Shown in pieces: positions 47,762 through 60,246 of a stretch of 64,000 nt of DNA. The notes below the pieces were generated by a model. That model saw only the letters and a program-made list of their open reading frames with translations, was not told the DNA's origin and searched no databases. Source of the DNA: Penicillus capitatus (taxonomy: Eukaryota; Plantae; Chlorophyta); contig OZ287708.1 in the NCBI GenBank assembly GCA_965649825.1, positions 577,411 through 641,410 on the forward strand, given 5' to 3'. The position numbers were made by a program, and so were the translations under genes. Every line of letters starts with the position of its first letter. The first letter of the stretch is position 1.

Positions 47762-48064
47762 ATGTCAACATATCGCTCCTCTGCATCTGGCAACACCTTC
47801 GACGTCAAGATCCGCAGTTGGCACGGCGTTGCATCGTGGACCTGGGGCGGCGACGATGTCTGTGCTATTTGCCACGGCTCCTTCGACCAGAGCAGTCCAG
47901 ATGCAAAGTATCCAGGCGACGATAGCGCTGTGGCATGGGGCAAATGCAAGCACGCCTTTCACATCTCCTGCATTCAGAAGCACTTGATGCAAGACCGCGA
48001 CAACCCGACCAAGAGATGCCCCGTTTGTCGTCAAGACTGGGAGTATTTTATGGGAAATGCATAG
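47762..48064 (+). CDS. APC11: Anaphase-promoting complex subunit 11 (RING-H2), single exon
   Basis: VKIRSWHGVASWTW, CAIC, KYPGDD, WGKCKHAFHISCI, CPVCRQDWEY. Confidence 0.88.
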   Translation: MSTYRSSASGNTFDVKIRSWHGVASWTWGGDDVCAICHGSFDQSSPDAKYPGDDSAVAWGKCKHAFHISCIQKHLMQDRDNPTKRCPVCRQDWEYFMGNA

Positions 48065-48175
48065 TTCGTACGTTCGGCCATCGATGTGCCATGATCGTTT
48101 GCATTTAAGTGTCGAAAAAGTCTTCGCTGTGTCGCCATCTTAATCGCGTGCGCTTCTGACTCGGAACCTCATTCG

Positions 48176-49165
48176 ATGTGCAGCATCGCGACACCAAAAC
48201 CTCATTACTCGTTGAACACGGTTCCTGCCTGTTGCAATAGCTTTTGGAAGTACGTGGACTCTCTCAAAGGAGGTTTCCAGCGTCATCACCATGTCTACTG
48301 CGCTATAGTTATCCGTTTCATGCCCACTCAGTTCCCTCCGACGACGCCGAGGATCCAACCGTTGAGCGCGTAAGGCTAGACAGAGAGCGTGTGGACAACA
48401 CGACTGGAGGGCCCATAGGTGCGGCGCGAGATTTACGAGTTGCTGTCGGTTGAGTTTGTGCTGGAGTTTGTGTCATACTACCGACGGCGCTTATCGTCGT
48501 TGCTGAAGCTGACTCGAAAACTCGAAAACCTACACATCGCTTACCTGATAAGTGTTCTTGGATGCAAACTTAATGCACTTGACTTACACCATGATGCCGA
48601 GAAACTCCATCGCCGTGCCTTGTGCATCGGTAGGTCAAAGATACAAGATATTTAAGCGATGACGATGGTGATGAGGAGATATGTGGGTGATGTAGGTGTG
48701 AAAGGGCTGGGGAGTGATCATCCAGATTTGACAGGCTCTATGGAATGGCTTGCCTTTTCCTTGTATCGACAAGGACACTTCAAAGAAGCTGTGCTGTTGT
48801 GCTACAGCATGATTGTTTTGGTACACCAGTCTGTGGGTTCCTCTCATCCAGACCTGGCCAATTGTTACTTTAACCTGGCAATGATTGTCGAGGCCATGGG
48901 TTTGGGAGATCATGCGGCTGTCCTCAGAGAAAAGGGTCTTTCATTGTTGAAGCTCTTTTTTCCGATGCAAGGGTGTCAGTACTGGTGGCCAGAAAACAAA
49001 ACAGAAACGGACAAAGCCGTCGACAGTTGCTGGAATTACGACGCATTCTTTCAGGGATTCTATACTGTGCCACCCATGCAACCTTCAGGAATCTGGGTTC
49101 CTGCGGGTTATCATCACTACGGAGGGAACAGTTATGTGATGGCAGGTCCGGTTCACAGTTTCTGA
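48176..49165 (+). CDS. TPR (kinesin-light-chain-like) repeat protein (multi-exon)
   Basis: AEKLHRRALCI(G)VKGLGSDHPDLTGSMEWLA and VGSSHPDLANCYFNLA repeats. Confidence 0.75.
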
Positions 49166-50079
49166 CCTCCGCCGTGCAGAAAGGACCCTGACAAGATGCG
49201 TGGAGAACCAAACGATAACTGCCATTTGACCGTTATAGCATATTTATACGGACGACTCTCATTTTCACATCACAAGTCAATCTAGAGATGAGTTCACTAA
49301 CTAACTAAAACCGTGAAGTTGTGTGACGTCACATCGTCACAATCAAAATCTCCTTACTAACCAAGGGATTACGCAATGTGGTGGGTGAGGAGAGCGCCAT
49401 TCACTGAACTGCTACCCTTTTTGAACATGGTTCACGTTTTTCTTGGTCCAAGATGGGAGTCTGGACTCCTATAGACACACAAGGATTTGTCGTATAGGAA
49501 CAGACCGCTTGATCATATTTTCACGCTCCTCGGATTCATCATCTAATAGACAATATCTCGAGTCTCTGTCAACTATGATGATAGGTCCTGAAGCATCTGG
49601 GAATGGATCCGTATCTTCGTGGCGAGAACAGACGGTGGGACAGATTCCTTTCGTGTGCTATCATGATTTGAACCCGAGTAGCGTTTGCTTGGACGAGGAA
49701 TTGTTGGCGTCTGTCTGTGATCGATCGATTCAATGAGGGAATGAAATTTCATTCTAGTGACATGACTGCCACACCGGACGATCTGCTTGTTGTATATTTT
49801 ATCGGACGATCTCTAGAAAGGCCATTCTTTAAGAACGCGTTCTTGACTTTTGCGATCCGATGCTTAACAATAAACCTCATCGTCCATCAACAGCAAAAAA
49901 AGACAACAAGAATCCAGCTCTGGTGTATAACAGGGTTCATCTGCTGCAGAGATAACAGTTTTTAGGTAATCACTAGTGGAGAAGATTTTCCAAAACCCTG
50001 TCGAGATTGACGGACTGCCTTCAACGGCATGTAAATACAGTACCATGCGTTTTTTACAACAAGGAAAGGCATCGATCCG

Positions 50080-52031
50080 TCAATGGCTCAAGGAAGTAAT
50101 GGTGTTTAGCAAGTCTTCGTACTCGCCTTCTTCGTTGTCTGTATCACTCGTTTGATCGAATTCCTCCTCAGAATACTCCGCGTTTGGATCCTCGATCAGA
50201 GCATCCAGTAGGATAAATGCTAATCTGGCAATGTCCTGATCTGGATTCTCTCTGAGCTTTGTCAAACGATAAAACCCCTACAGATGGGAAGGACAGATTT
50301 TGAAGCACGACAGAAATGCAATGGATCTCACTCCTGCGTTAGAAAGCCAATCGGCATGTTCCCAAAAATCTTCGTCGTTCTCTGAATCCCAGGACGCGAG
50401 ATCAAAGTTGGGGTTCTCTCCAAAGTCACCACACCATAAAAAATTACGAATTGCTTCTAGAGCCAACTTGACGATATCCGGATTCTTCAACGTGAGAGCG
50501 GTACTCAAGACCTGTGTCCGACACGAGTGCATATTCAGCGATGCGATCGTTCTCCCAAGGAGAGTGAGTACCTTTATGCAATCGGGGGAAAGAAACTCTC
50601 GTATAAGAGCGTGTCCAGATCCGACAATAGCGTTCCCGATGGCCCACGTTGCCTCTATTCGAACATCCATAGGAGCATGCCGTGCTGCGTGAATGAGGTC
50701 CTTAATAAGATCCTCTTCAACGATCTTTGAAATGTCGTGTTGTGATCCAGCAGCAATATTTGAAAGCGCCATACAAGCTTCCTTGATCATACGTCGTTCT
50801 TTGTGTCTCTTGAGAATGTGGCCCAAATGTGCAGTGGCATCCAAACTGATCATCTCCTCGAGCTGCTCATCGGATCCCGACAAGAAATTCGAGACCGCTC
50901 TGAGAGCAGAGAAGACAACGAGGGGATCCTCATGCCTAGACACACACCAATGGCTCATGCGATATTCATGACGGCCTGGTTGTCACTTTATAAGATTTAT
51001 GATTGGTTTACAAACATCTCCGTCCAAAAACATCTGAATGCGATCGCTCGGTCCATCCGTCAAGTACGCCGATGCCGCACAAGCACTGCGAAGAACGTCG
51101 GGATCGTCGGAATCCACGAGATTCCGTATTGTTGCAACGCAAGACTCCAACATGTCCAGAGAGATTAGCGTGCGACTGCGGCACATATTGCTGAACGCCC
51201 AGACGCCGGAGTTCAGTTGTTCTGGGTCCAGATTTTCCCGGTTGAGGAACCGGACAACAGCGTGTAGCCCACCATTTTCATATAGTACCCTTCTATTAAA
51301 GGCATCGTCACAAGCTATATTTCCAACACATATGATTGCCTACAGAGATCAGAAATGTGCTATGTCTCAAGGCAGGTCGTGCGTGGAGATTCGGATCACC
51401 TGTTCGGCAATTGTGACACGTGGAGAGTCCACCAATCGAATGAATGGCATCACGGCTCCACTGTTCACCACAGCCTGACTCTGATCCTTTGTTCCAGATG
51501 TTAGATTTGCAAAAATCATTAACGCCGCAAACTGCAAACGGCAGCAGAGAAATGCCTTAACACCATTTCAGCGCCATTAAGAGTCGAACTTGTGTTGGAG
51601 GATCGCTATCCTCATCAAGACAGTCCAACAACGCAGACAGACTCCCGTAGGCTATCAAAGCTTCCACTAGACCTTCTTTTTCTGCTAGCAAGTGTCATGC
51701 GACACAGAGAGGGCTCAGAGGAACAGGACCTTTTTCAAACAGCTCTTGCAATGTGCTAAAGGCGATTGTCCTTTCCTGCACTGAGCCTTCGCGAATCTGG
51801 CTGATCAAGTTATCAACGTGGTACTCTTCTTCTTTCTGCAGAAACAAGATTTCGGTGCGTCCTGTAGAGAGGCGGCGGCGGCAGCACTGTCAAACCTCGT
51901 TGTTTATCCCGAGTCGTGCCGTTGCTTGTTTCCCACAATCGTCGCTGGAAGGATGAACGATGCACACTACAAGGCATGCGTACTAAGCATCAAAAGGAAG
52001 AAGCATAGTCGTTTGAAGCACTGGAAGACAT
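50080..52031 (-). CDS. Divergent importin-alpha-like armadillo protein (multi-exon, start approximate)
   Basis: ARM repeats ANLTSGTKDQ, GNIACDD, WAFSNMCR, AYLTDGPSDRIQ, ALRAVSNFLSG, KEACMALSNIAAG, EATWAIGN; acidic tail. TGTAA at 50054-50058. Confidence 0.8.
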
Positions 52032-52302
52032 CAGAGAGTATGTCCACTTGGAAAGAAAAACAGAAGAAAAATCTGTCGTCGTCGCTTCGGCAAAACACTT
52101 TTGTCAGTCGAGGCCAAAACAGCAAATGTGTCTAAACGTATCGTGTTTGTTTGTGAGATCAGCGGGAACGGGTACTGTGAAATGGACAGGAACGCCGGGC
52201 GGCAGAATCTCGACGGATAGAGAAACAACGGTTGTTATCCATGGTGAAAACGTAACGAAGGTCAATATTCGGAACCTCAACAACATTTGTTCTCAAAAAT
52301 CT

Positions 52303-54397
52303 TCATATCTCTTCAGAAGGATGGATGCCCGAGTCGGGAACGGCGTCAAGAATGTCGGAGAACTCTTTTTCGAAGAGAACGCCGGCTCTGTGGCTTTTTC
52401 CTGCGACGTGAAGATCGCGCCCCACCTGAAGTGCCCATACCTGAGCGTGTGACTGATAGCTTAAGAACGTGGTGATCATCAAAAAAGCAAAACCTGAGAA
52501 ACAGAGAGTGTGGTAAGGGGAGATGACAAGGAGAGCTTTGTGGTACCTGTGTAGACGAGGGGCACGCCTGGATCGTATTTGATCTCTAGTCCAGTGCTTC
52601 CGCCGATATCATCGATCGTCAGCTTCATGTCCGAAACTTCGATTGGAGTACCAGACCCTGGCCGTCGAACGCCTGCAAACTGCCCGGCGCTGTCGTAAAG
52701 GATGACGCTTTGAAAATCGTTTGCCAGAACTGCAGGAGAGATGCGTATGAAGTCGGTCGGAAACGGGAGGCGTACGCTTACCGGAGATGCCTTTCGGGAC
52801 AGAGCTGTCGTCTTGCGCGGCACCGGGTGTCGGAATAAACGTGGCGAAGACCTTATCGTTTTTGTTCTGGCGAGATTTGAGTGTTGCCATAGGAAAACGC
52901 ACAGAGCGCTTTCCCTCTGGAAAGAAACTCGACTCGACAGTTACTGCCAAGGAAGACATTCCCCAGTCTGTCTATGCAACAGACACCACGTGCATCTCCG
53001 TCTACGAATGGCGAGATCGTACTTGATACATTGTGATACCCTCAAACCGCAAAGGATGGTTGACGGAAATGCGTCTTTTATCAATGACTCGGTTGCTGCC
53101 GCTGCCATCGAGAACAGAGAGATCGGAATAAAACTGATTGATGCCGCCATCAGAACGATAGTCGATGGTGAAATCTTCCAATCGTAGAGATCGGAACGCT
53201 CCGGAGGGTGGAACGGCGAAAAAGGAATTTGGACGGATGTGTTGCTGCACCTCGATCGCTCTTCCCTTCAAAACAATCAATCGCCTGCTGATCGGGATCG
53301 AAAGCGAATAATCTACTCACCTCAGGAATCATAACTGTTCCCTTGAATCCTCCAAGAACGCCCCACATGATGCCGGCAATCGTGACGAGCAAGGCGGCAT
53401 GTACACCGATCGGCGCAAGACGTGCGACAAGGGACTTGAAGCCGTAAAGACTGCCGTTCTTCAAAAATACCTGGATATGAAGAAACGGGTTGTTTCTTCT
53501 CGATCGAATAGGTCGATCGTCACTTCGTATCCACGTTTGGAGAGGACAACGCCTAGATCTTTGATGTTGCCGTCCGGTAGTACTTCTGCGTTCTCTTTCA
53601 ATGCGATGCCGTTTGGTGTCTTGGCAAACCTCCACCTTTTAGCTACCTAAAGAACAGGTGTCTGGCATCCAGTATCGAAAAAGATTCTTGGCAGATATCT
53701 CCTTGCCTTAGCAATGGGCCACTGACGCGTATGGGTACAAGCAATCAGCTGGGCTACTAACAATCCAAGCAAGCCATAGAAATAAGGCGCCGTGTAAATA
53801 TGATCCAGCTGCAGAAAGAGAATGATCTTATAAGTCAAGAATCCAAACATTTTTGATTTGCCATCCGGGTAGCTGTCCACATAAAACTGAAAACTCTACA
53901 CACATTGCATCATCGCTTCTGTAAGCAGTCTGCACGTTCTCGACGATCAGCCAACCTTTCCCTGCTCGATGACGGTACCCAAGGCTGAGAGCACAGATAT
54001 GGTAAACAAGACAGCCATGGAACGTGGCAGAGACGACAGCTCCAGCAAGATTCGACGATATGCTGTCCGCATCGCCCGCTGTACCACAAAAGAGTTCTCT
54101 GGCACAGACGTCCATTCCACCCGCGTTCCCGTTTTTCCTCCCATCTCCGGGGCATCACGCAATGATGGGTTCGCGTTTGCACGATCTACGAAGTACGATC
54201 GAGAATGGGATATCTGTGATGATTTCCATGCCTTGGGTCGAGGGTTCGGCATCGTCCGTATCTTGTGTTCGAATCGCTCTTACTTGGACGATGCGTGGTG
54301 CCCTCGCGCGCTGTTCTTTCGGAAGAGCTTTTCGGTTCGATCGGACGCCGATCGTCGCTTTCGCCTTCATCGCCACACATCGCAGTTCGATCGGCAT
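52303..54397 (-). CDS. CCS1: Cytochrome c biogenesis protein CCS1/ResB, plastid-targeted (multi-exon)
   Basis: ELSSLPRSMAVLFTISVLSALGTVIEQ, LQLDHIYTAPYF, ACTHTRQWP, RLAPIGVHAALL, ISVNHPLRFEGITMYQ, IKYDPGVPLVYTG. Confidence 0.95.
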
Positions 54398-54456
54398 CGT
54401 TATTGGAACGCGTCATCAAACGCGGCTTTTTTGATCAACTCTGCTTTGTCGGAAAC

Positions 54457-55476
54457 ATGACGATGTTGATGTGCCACGGTCCGAGTCTGCGTCCTCCGTT
54501 TCGCATTAGCTCTCGTAAACCGCAAGACAAGTGCCGAACCATGCATTCGACTCTGCGCATTTCTCTGCGCCAATCGCGTTTCTGTTGGTCGCAAACGCAC
54601 ATCCGCCAGCGTCTATTTACCAAAGCCGCCTTGGGACAGACCAAGACGTCGGGAGATGACGGTGGGTCAGGAGACGGCGGCGGTGGACGGAATTTGGGTG
54701 GGTCAGGTGGAGGAGGCGAAGAAGAAAACGACAACAGCAAATCGAAAAGGTTCACTCTATGGAAAGGCTGGGAAGAACGCGTGCAGTGCGACCCCGCATT
54801 CCCGAGCAAAGTTCTCATTGAGCAGATTATCGGTGTCGGCGCCGCCGTAGTGGGAGACATGTCATCGCGTCCACACTGGGGACTCTATGAACTGGATTTC
54901 GTTTTCTCGACGCTCATCGTCGGCAGCATCGTTAATTTTGCCTTGATGTACTGCCTGGCGGCGACACCTGCCTCATCTGCTGCGGCAAAGGGATCGTTAC
55001 TACAAAAGCTCTTCTCGGAACAGACGCTAAAAAACATGGGTGCACCTGGAGGACACATGTTTGAGAGAGGCTATTCACTGGGGGCACGTCTAACCAATCT
55101 GGCATACAAAGGATTTCTGTTCGGGCTCGTCGGCGTTGCATCGGGCCTTATAGGGACGGCCACGTCGAATGGACTCATTCTCATTCGAAAACGTGTGGAT
55201 CCAGATTTTGAACCGCAGAATAAGGCACCCAATGTAGCGATGAATGCCTTGGCCTGGGGTGCCCATATGGGTCTCTCAGCCAACACACGTTATCAGATGC
55301 TCTATGGTTTGGATACCGTCGTGATGCCGGCATTAGGCCATCAATGGTTTTTGGTTTACTCGGCCGTGATTCGAACATTGAACAATGCTTTCGGTGGCAC
55401 ATCCTTTGTCTTTTTTGCCAGACTGTTTGGCGTGCAGAAAGTGAACCCCGAAGGATTGGACACAGAAGGAAAATGA
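54457..55476 (+). CDS. RER: RETICULATA-related (DUF3411) plastid membrane protein, single exon
   Basis: Transit peptide and Gly-rich linker; WEERVQCDPAFPSKVLIEQ, ELDFVF, MGLSANTRYQ, NNAFGGTSFV. Confidence 0.92.
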   Translation: MTMLMCHGPSLRPPFRISSRKPQDKCRTMHSTLRISLRQSRFCWSQTHIRQRLFTKAALGQTKTSGDDGGSGDGGGGRNLGGSGGGGEEENDNSKSKRFTLWKGWEERVQCDPAFPSKVLIEQIIGVGAAVVGDMSSRPHWGLYELDFVFSTLIVGSIVNFALMYCLAATPASSAAAKGSLLQKLFSEQTLKNMGAPGGHMFERGYSLGARLTNLAYKGFLFGLVGVASGLIGTATSNGLILIRKRVDPDFEPQNKAPNVAMNALAWGAHMGLSANTRYQMLYGLDTVVMPALGHQWFLVYSAVIRTLNNAFGGTSFVFFARLFGVQKVNPEGLDTEGK

Positions 55477-55584
55477 GGACGACTTGGACACGTCATCGAA
55501 TCGTGTCACGCATCAAAATTCATCTAACGGCCCGTGCAGGACTTATTTAACGTCGTCTGACTCATTGCTGTCTTTTCACACGTC

Positions 55585-56267
55585 ATGTTGAAAACGCTCT
55601 CCCTACGTTTGTGGCAAACATGTCCGTCTCTGGGGCACCGTCAATGGATCCCTCTTCGAGACGCGGCCCTCTGCCGGTTCGTTCAGTCGACAGGATCATA
55701 ACGATCTCGACCTGTTACGCAGATACCTGTCGAAGAAAACAGAGTTGGACGAATTCTCTATCCTCTCAGAAGAAACCGACGTCATCCAGATCGACGGGTC
55801 TCTCTTCGTGATCTCGCGTTTTGTCGAAGGGGATGGACGGACGGCCGTAGGTATCATAAAACGGGATTCAAGGTTAGAGGGATTCTGGTCGAGGGGGCTG
55901 TCATTTGTTTTCAAGACCTGTGGCTTCAATGGAAAGTACAGACGATGGAAGATCTGACACCAGAAAGCCTCTGCTTACTGCGTCTCTTTCGGCCATTACC
56001 CGATCTCCTGGTCCTCGGGTGTGGACCTCGAATACTTCCCTTGCCACCAGACGTGGCTTCCATGCTTAAGGAACTGCATATTCGTATTGAGTGCATCGAT
56101 TCCGTGCTATGACCTCGTGATAAAGGGTATCGCTGAAGTTGTGTGGTTGGCAGGTTAACGCAACGTCGACCTTCAATTTGCTGAATCAAGAAGGCAGAAG
56201 CGTGGTCGGTGCTCTACTTCCCCTGTCGACAGAGACAGAGGAGGAGGATGGCGGGATGGAGCGTTAA
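55585..56267 (+). CDS. NDUFAF3: Complex I assembly factor 3 (Mth938/AAMDC domain), 4 exons; missed by the ORF track
   Basis: Spliced: QIDG|YHKTGFKVRGILVEGAVICF..WKVQTMEDLTPESL..PDLLVLGCG..IECIDS|VNATSTFNLLNQEGRSVVGALLP. TAA at 56265-56267. Confidence 0.88.
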
Positions 56268-56677
56268 ATAATGGGAAAGCGTTGGACAGCCAATTCCGTG
56301 TGCTGATCAAAGAGTTCACAGCGAATAGGCATTTCCACTTCGTAGAAAGGATTCTTCAAAACATAGTCCGAATAGAGTTCATAGAGCTTGTTTAAGAAAG
56401 CAGGAATGTTTGGTGTTTTGGGTTTCACCACGAGACAGAACTTCGTCCCTGTTGACGCCTGAAAGCAATGCAAGTCGAAAGTGTCTGCTTCGAGAAGGTG
56501 TATCCCGGAACAGTCGGCAACGGGCGAGAGCTGACTGGCGATAGCGCAGACAGAGTGCCAGATACTGGCGATGCGTAGACGGTCGTTCAAGTCGACAACG
56601 GCCTGTCCAGCAAAGCTCTTTTGGTAAATCAGTCCACCGGACTTGTTGATAATGTACAGCGAACAAATCTGCGCCAT
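56264..56677 (-). CDS. TRAPPC4: TRAPP complex subunit 4 (Trs23), single exon
   Basis: LYIINKSGGLIY, NDRLRIASIWHS, FDLHCFQASTGTKF, YELYSDYVLKNPFYEVEMPIRCELFD. Confidence 0.95.
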   Translation of the reverse strand: MAQICSLYIINKSGGLIYQKSFAGQAVVDLNDRLRIASIWHSVCAIASQLSPVADCSGIHLLEADTFDLHCFQASTGTKFCLVVKPKTPNIPAFLNKLYELYSDYVLKNPFYEVEMPIRCELFDQHTELAVQRFPII

Positions 56678-56757
56678 CGCTACCGAATCCGACGCGATGC
56701 ATGACGCCTCATCATTTCATTTCGCTCTTTGACCGAAGTGAACGATACCATCGGGCG

Positions 56758-57427
56758 ATGACACAGGTGCGCCGTTTTAGAAGTGGAAAAGGACTCCGTG
56801 CCGATCGGTGCGTGCGATATAGACATTGCGTGATCTTTTTGATCGATTCTGCAACTACGGCACGCGAGAAGTAACGATATCGGCGCCATCATTCGATGCG
56901 ATTGTCGGCCACGTGATGTGCAGACAAAGGTCGAATTGGATGGAGCCAAATTCACGAAACTCTGTCGCGATTGCAAACTGATCGATCGATCGACACTGAC
57001 GACGACGGACATCGATATCGTCTTTGCAAAAGTCCTTCATCTCCTTGCGTGATCCACGTATCGAATCGCCGCGCAAAGTAGGTAAAAACAAAAGGAATGC
57101 GCCGAATCAACTATCCACAATTCGAGAGGGCGCTGGATCTCATTGCCGACAAGAAAGTCACACTCTGCGATGTGACCGATCGAAGGCGGTGAGTGAACAA
57201 TGCTTGTCTAGGGAATGGAATCTGAGGCTTTGGTAAACATGCTGTGTACATCGGAAGGGCCGAAAACGAACGCCACGAAAGCCAACTATGTAAAGTTCTA
57301 CGATGACAAGAGCCTGTATACGGGTGTCCACAAATGCAAATCGGAAGAAGGGAAGAACGAAGAGCACGCTACGGCCACGATTGACACACAAATAGCGATG
57401 AGACCAAGTCTCAAATCCTTTCGCTGA
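56758..57427 (+). CDS. TPPP: p25-alpha/TPPP tubulin-binding protein (FAP265-like), 5 exons
   Basis: LRDLFDRFCNYG, ELDGAKFTKLCRDCKLID, TTTDIDIVFAK|VKTKG.RRINYPQF, KFYDDKSLYTGVHK. TGTAA at ~57528. Confidence 0.9.
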
Positions 57428-57711
57428 TGGTCCTGACCGATGACGAAACGATCTCACTCTTCTTGGCCGAAATGACATACATCGAAAGCGATCGCCTTTC
57501 GTGCCATCGATACATATATTTGATCGCATGTAAGAAAACCGGCAACAGTTTTGCCGTCGCGTCTTGGCCTGCTAGAGTCGCCTTGACCTTAAGGTCGAAA
57601 TCTCTTCAGCGTTCTGGCCTCCTCGCTCATTTCGTAAAAAGCCAAAAGTCGCATCACATGATCCGGTACGCGCCTCAATCCAGATTTCCATCACTTGTCC
57701 GATTTCTTGCC

Positions 57712-60246
57712 ATGGGAAGTTCGACGGAACGCAATTGGTCGAAGGCATGTTACCCTGAGTACGATAGGAATATTCTTGAGTGCTTATCTGTTCTCAGGCT
57801 TTGATTGTGTCCTCCGTCTGTGCCATCGGTACCGGACTGGTCGTTGCGATCTGTATACGTCAGCGTCGTCGTCGTGAAAAGCCGCAGTATCGATTCCGCC
57901 ACGTTCTGGCCGACAATACGGACACACCTTTTCTACATCTGGGCCGAGTACCGGAACGGAGCAGCAGTCCAGACTATGAGGTTCATCCGTACGTACATGA
58001 AATCCTTGCACTCAAAGGAGCCGACGTCCAACACACACCTCCAGTACAGCAAGACGATCCGTCGTTTGTCCCGAGCGTCTTCTGGGTCAATACGCGATCG
58101 CAGCTGGAAACGGTCATCGAAGAGCTTAAAGTCGGCATTCGTCTAAATTTATCGCAGAGCATCGTGACCTGCGTTTAGGGTCTAGAATGCTTTGCCCTTG
58201 ATACTGAGCATCATAAACAGCGATCTTACCATGGATTCGTCTGCTTAGTCCAGATCTTCACTGGGAAGTCTGTTTACCTGATCGATGCCCTAGCTTTGCA
58301 CGATGAGCTCCATGCGCTAAACAGTGTTACGTCTGATCACAGAATCCGCAAAGTCCTACACGGTTGCCACAATGATATCATTTGGCTGCAACGCGATTTC
58401 AGAGTGTACGTGGTCAATGTCTTTGATACGGAGAAAGCTTGTCAAGTACGTCCGTCCGTCACATCACACACCTACACCGGAAGGGACACATGCCTTGTAG
58501 GTCTTAAAGAAGCCAAAGAGTAACTTAGCACACTTGCTGGAACATTACTTTGGAGTGCAGACAGACAAGTCGATGCAGCAGGCCGATTGGCGAGCGCGTC
58601 CTCTATCTGAGGAACAGTTGCTTTATGCCAAGCTAGACGTCTGTTATCTTCTGAGTCTGGAAGGAGTTCTAAAGGAGGAACTACTATCATCTGAGAAGCT
58701 CTATGCAAACGCCGTGCAAAAATCTCATGACCTCAGTTTGAGTCTCTTTCACAAAATGACGTCCTCCGAGGCTGCCACCTCAGCTGCACTGCATCTGATC
58801 CGTCGTTACTTTGACATGGCTGGAAAGAGTTTGCACCAAGGAGATTATGATCTTGCTCAAGAACGCCCTTTCATGACGTGCATCTATCGACTGTGCATCT
58901 GGAGAGATGCTGTTGCACGTGTCGAAGATGAAAGTCCAGAGTACATACTCAAAAGCAAGCTTCTGTCTCTTCTTGCCAGAGAACTCCCTGCGACAGAAGT
59001 TGAACTATTGGATTGTGTCCAAGAGACACCTCTGTACGATTATTCAAGCGACGGCGATGGTCCTACGTACTGGATACCTCCGTCCGCATTTCTGAAGCGA
59101 GCGCATGAGGTGATTGACGCGATTGAGGAGGTCAAGAGCGGACGCTTTGTGTGGAATGATGGGCCAGCGCTGCTTGATCCATCACGCAAAACCGGAAAAC
59201 AGCGATCGAAGAAAGCAGCAGACGCTGCTGCTCGTGAACGAACTGTCGAAATCTATTGTGCCAAATCGAAAGTAGACATCTTCTACCGATGCGCAAGCCT
59301 GATGCCAAAACAATGACGTTTTTATCAGGTGTACGATAACTGTAAGATGTTGTCATTGGATGGGGAACTGTTGTGTTACTGCGATCGACGAAATCTGGAA
59401 TGGTATGTCCGAAAAAAGATTGCCAAAGTCGAGTCGGAAGATCCCTTTGTCATTCGCCTTCTCTTCCAACACCGAATGGAAGACGAAGCCAATGGATCAC
59501 ATGACTTCTATGTGCAGTCCCGTGTGAACTGTTGCGTTTCTTGTGGCGAAGAAGGGCATTATTTGAGGTACAAGATTGTTCCTGCCTGTTACCGAAAGCA
59601 TTTTCCAATACCTCTGAAGAGTCATAGAAGTCATGATGTGGTGCTGCTGTGCATTGACTGCCATCACATCGCACAGACGGCGGCTGACAGACTCAAGAGG
59701 AAATTGGCAGACGAGTATGACGTGCCATTGGCATGTTCTCTAAAAGGAGATGAAGAGAAAGGGACTGTTCATCCTTGTAGAGTCCGGGCTGCCGCTCTGG
59801 CCTTGCAGAACAGCAGAGACCAGATTCCGCCTCAAAGACTGGCCGAACTCGAGCAAACTATTCATCTCTACTTCGGAAGAGATCCAAAGAGACATGGCCC
59901 TGTCTCTCCAGAGGACTTGAAACTGGCACTCCTAGTTGGAATGAACAAAAGGGAGCTGAAGAAGACGATTAAACATGAGAATGGGTCTGGATTAGAGATC
60001 CGTCTATCCAGTCTACCAAAGTGTCCTTTGGATTCCGGAGAACAGATTCATGGAGAGCAGGTGGTGAAGAAAGCGATTGAGAATGGAGGAGACCCAGAAT
60101 TGTATAGTATTATTCGAAGATTCCGCGAAGTATTTGTTGAAGCTCTTCAGCCAAAGTACTTGCCAACGAAATGGGATATCGATCATTTTGCACCAAGAAG
60201 ATTTGGAGAGCATTCGGTTTTTTACCAGAGCGATGACAGAGTGTAG
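57712..60246 (+). CDS. RRP6L3: RRP6-like 3 exoribonuclease (DEDD exonuclease, HRDC and C-terminal domain), multi-exon
   Basis: N-terminal hydrophobic anchor; ALDTEH..RSYHGFVCLVQI; KVLHGCHNDIIWLQRDF; QADWRARPLSEEQLLYA; YDNCKM..LLCYCD; KSHRSHDVVLLCIDCH. Confidence 0.92.

Noticed and set aside
49200-50050. Possible small gene between the TPR gene and the importin-like gene
   Set aside because: Short ORFs on both strands, but no consistent spliced model or recognisable motif.
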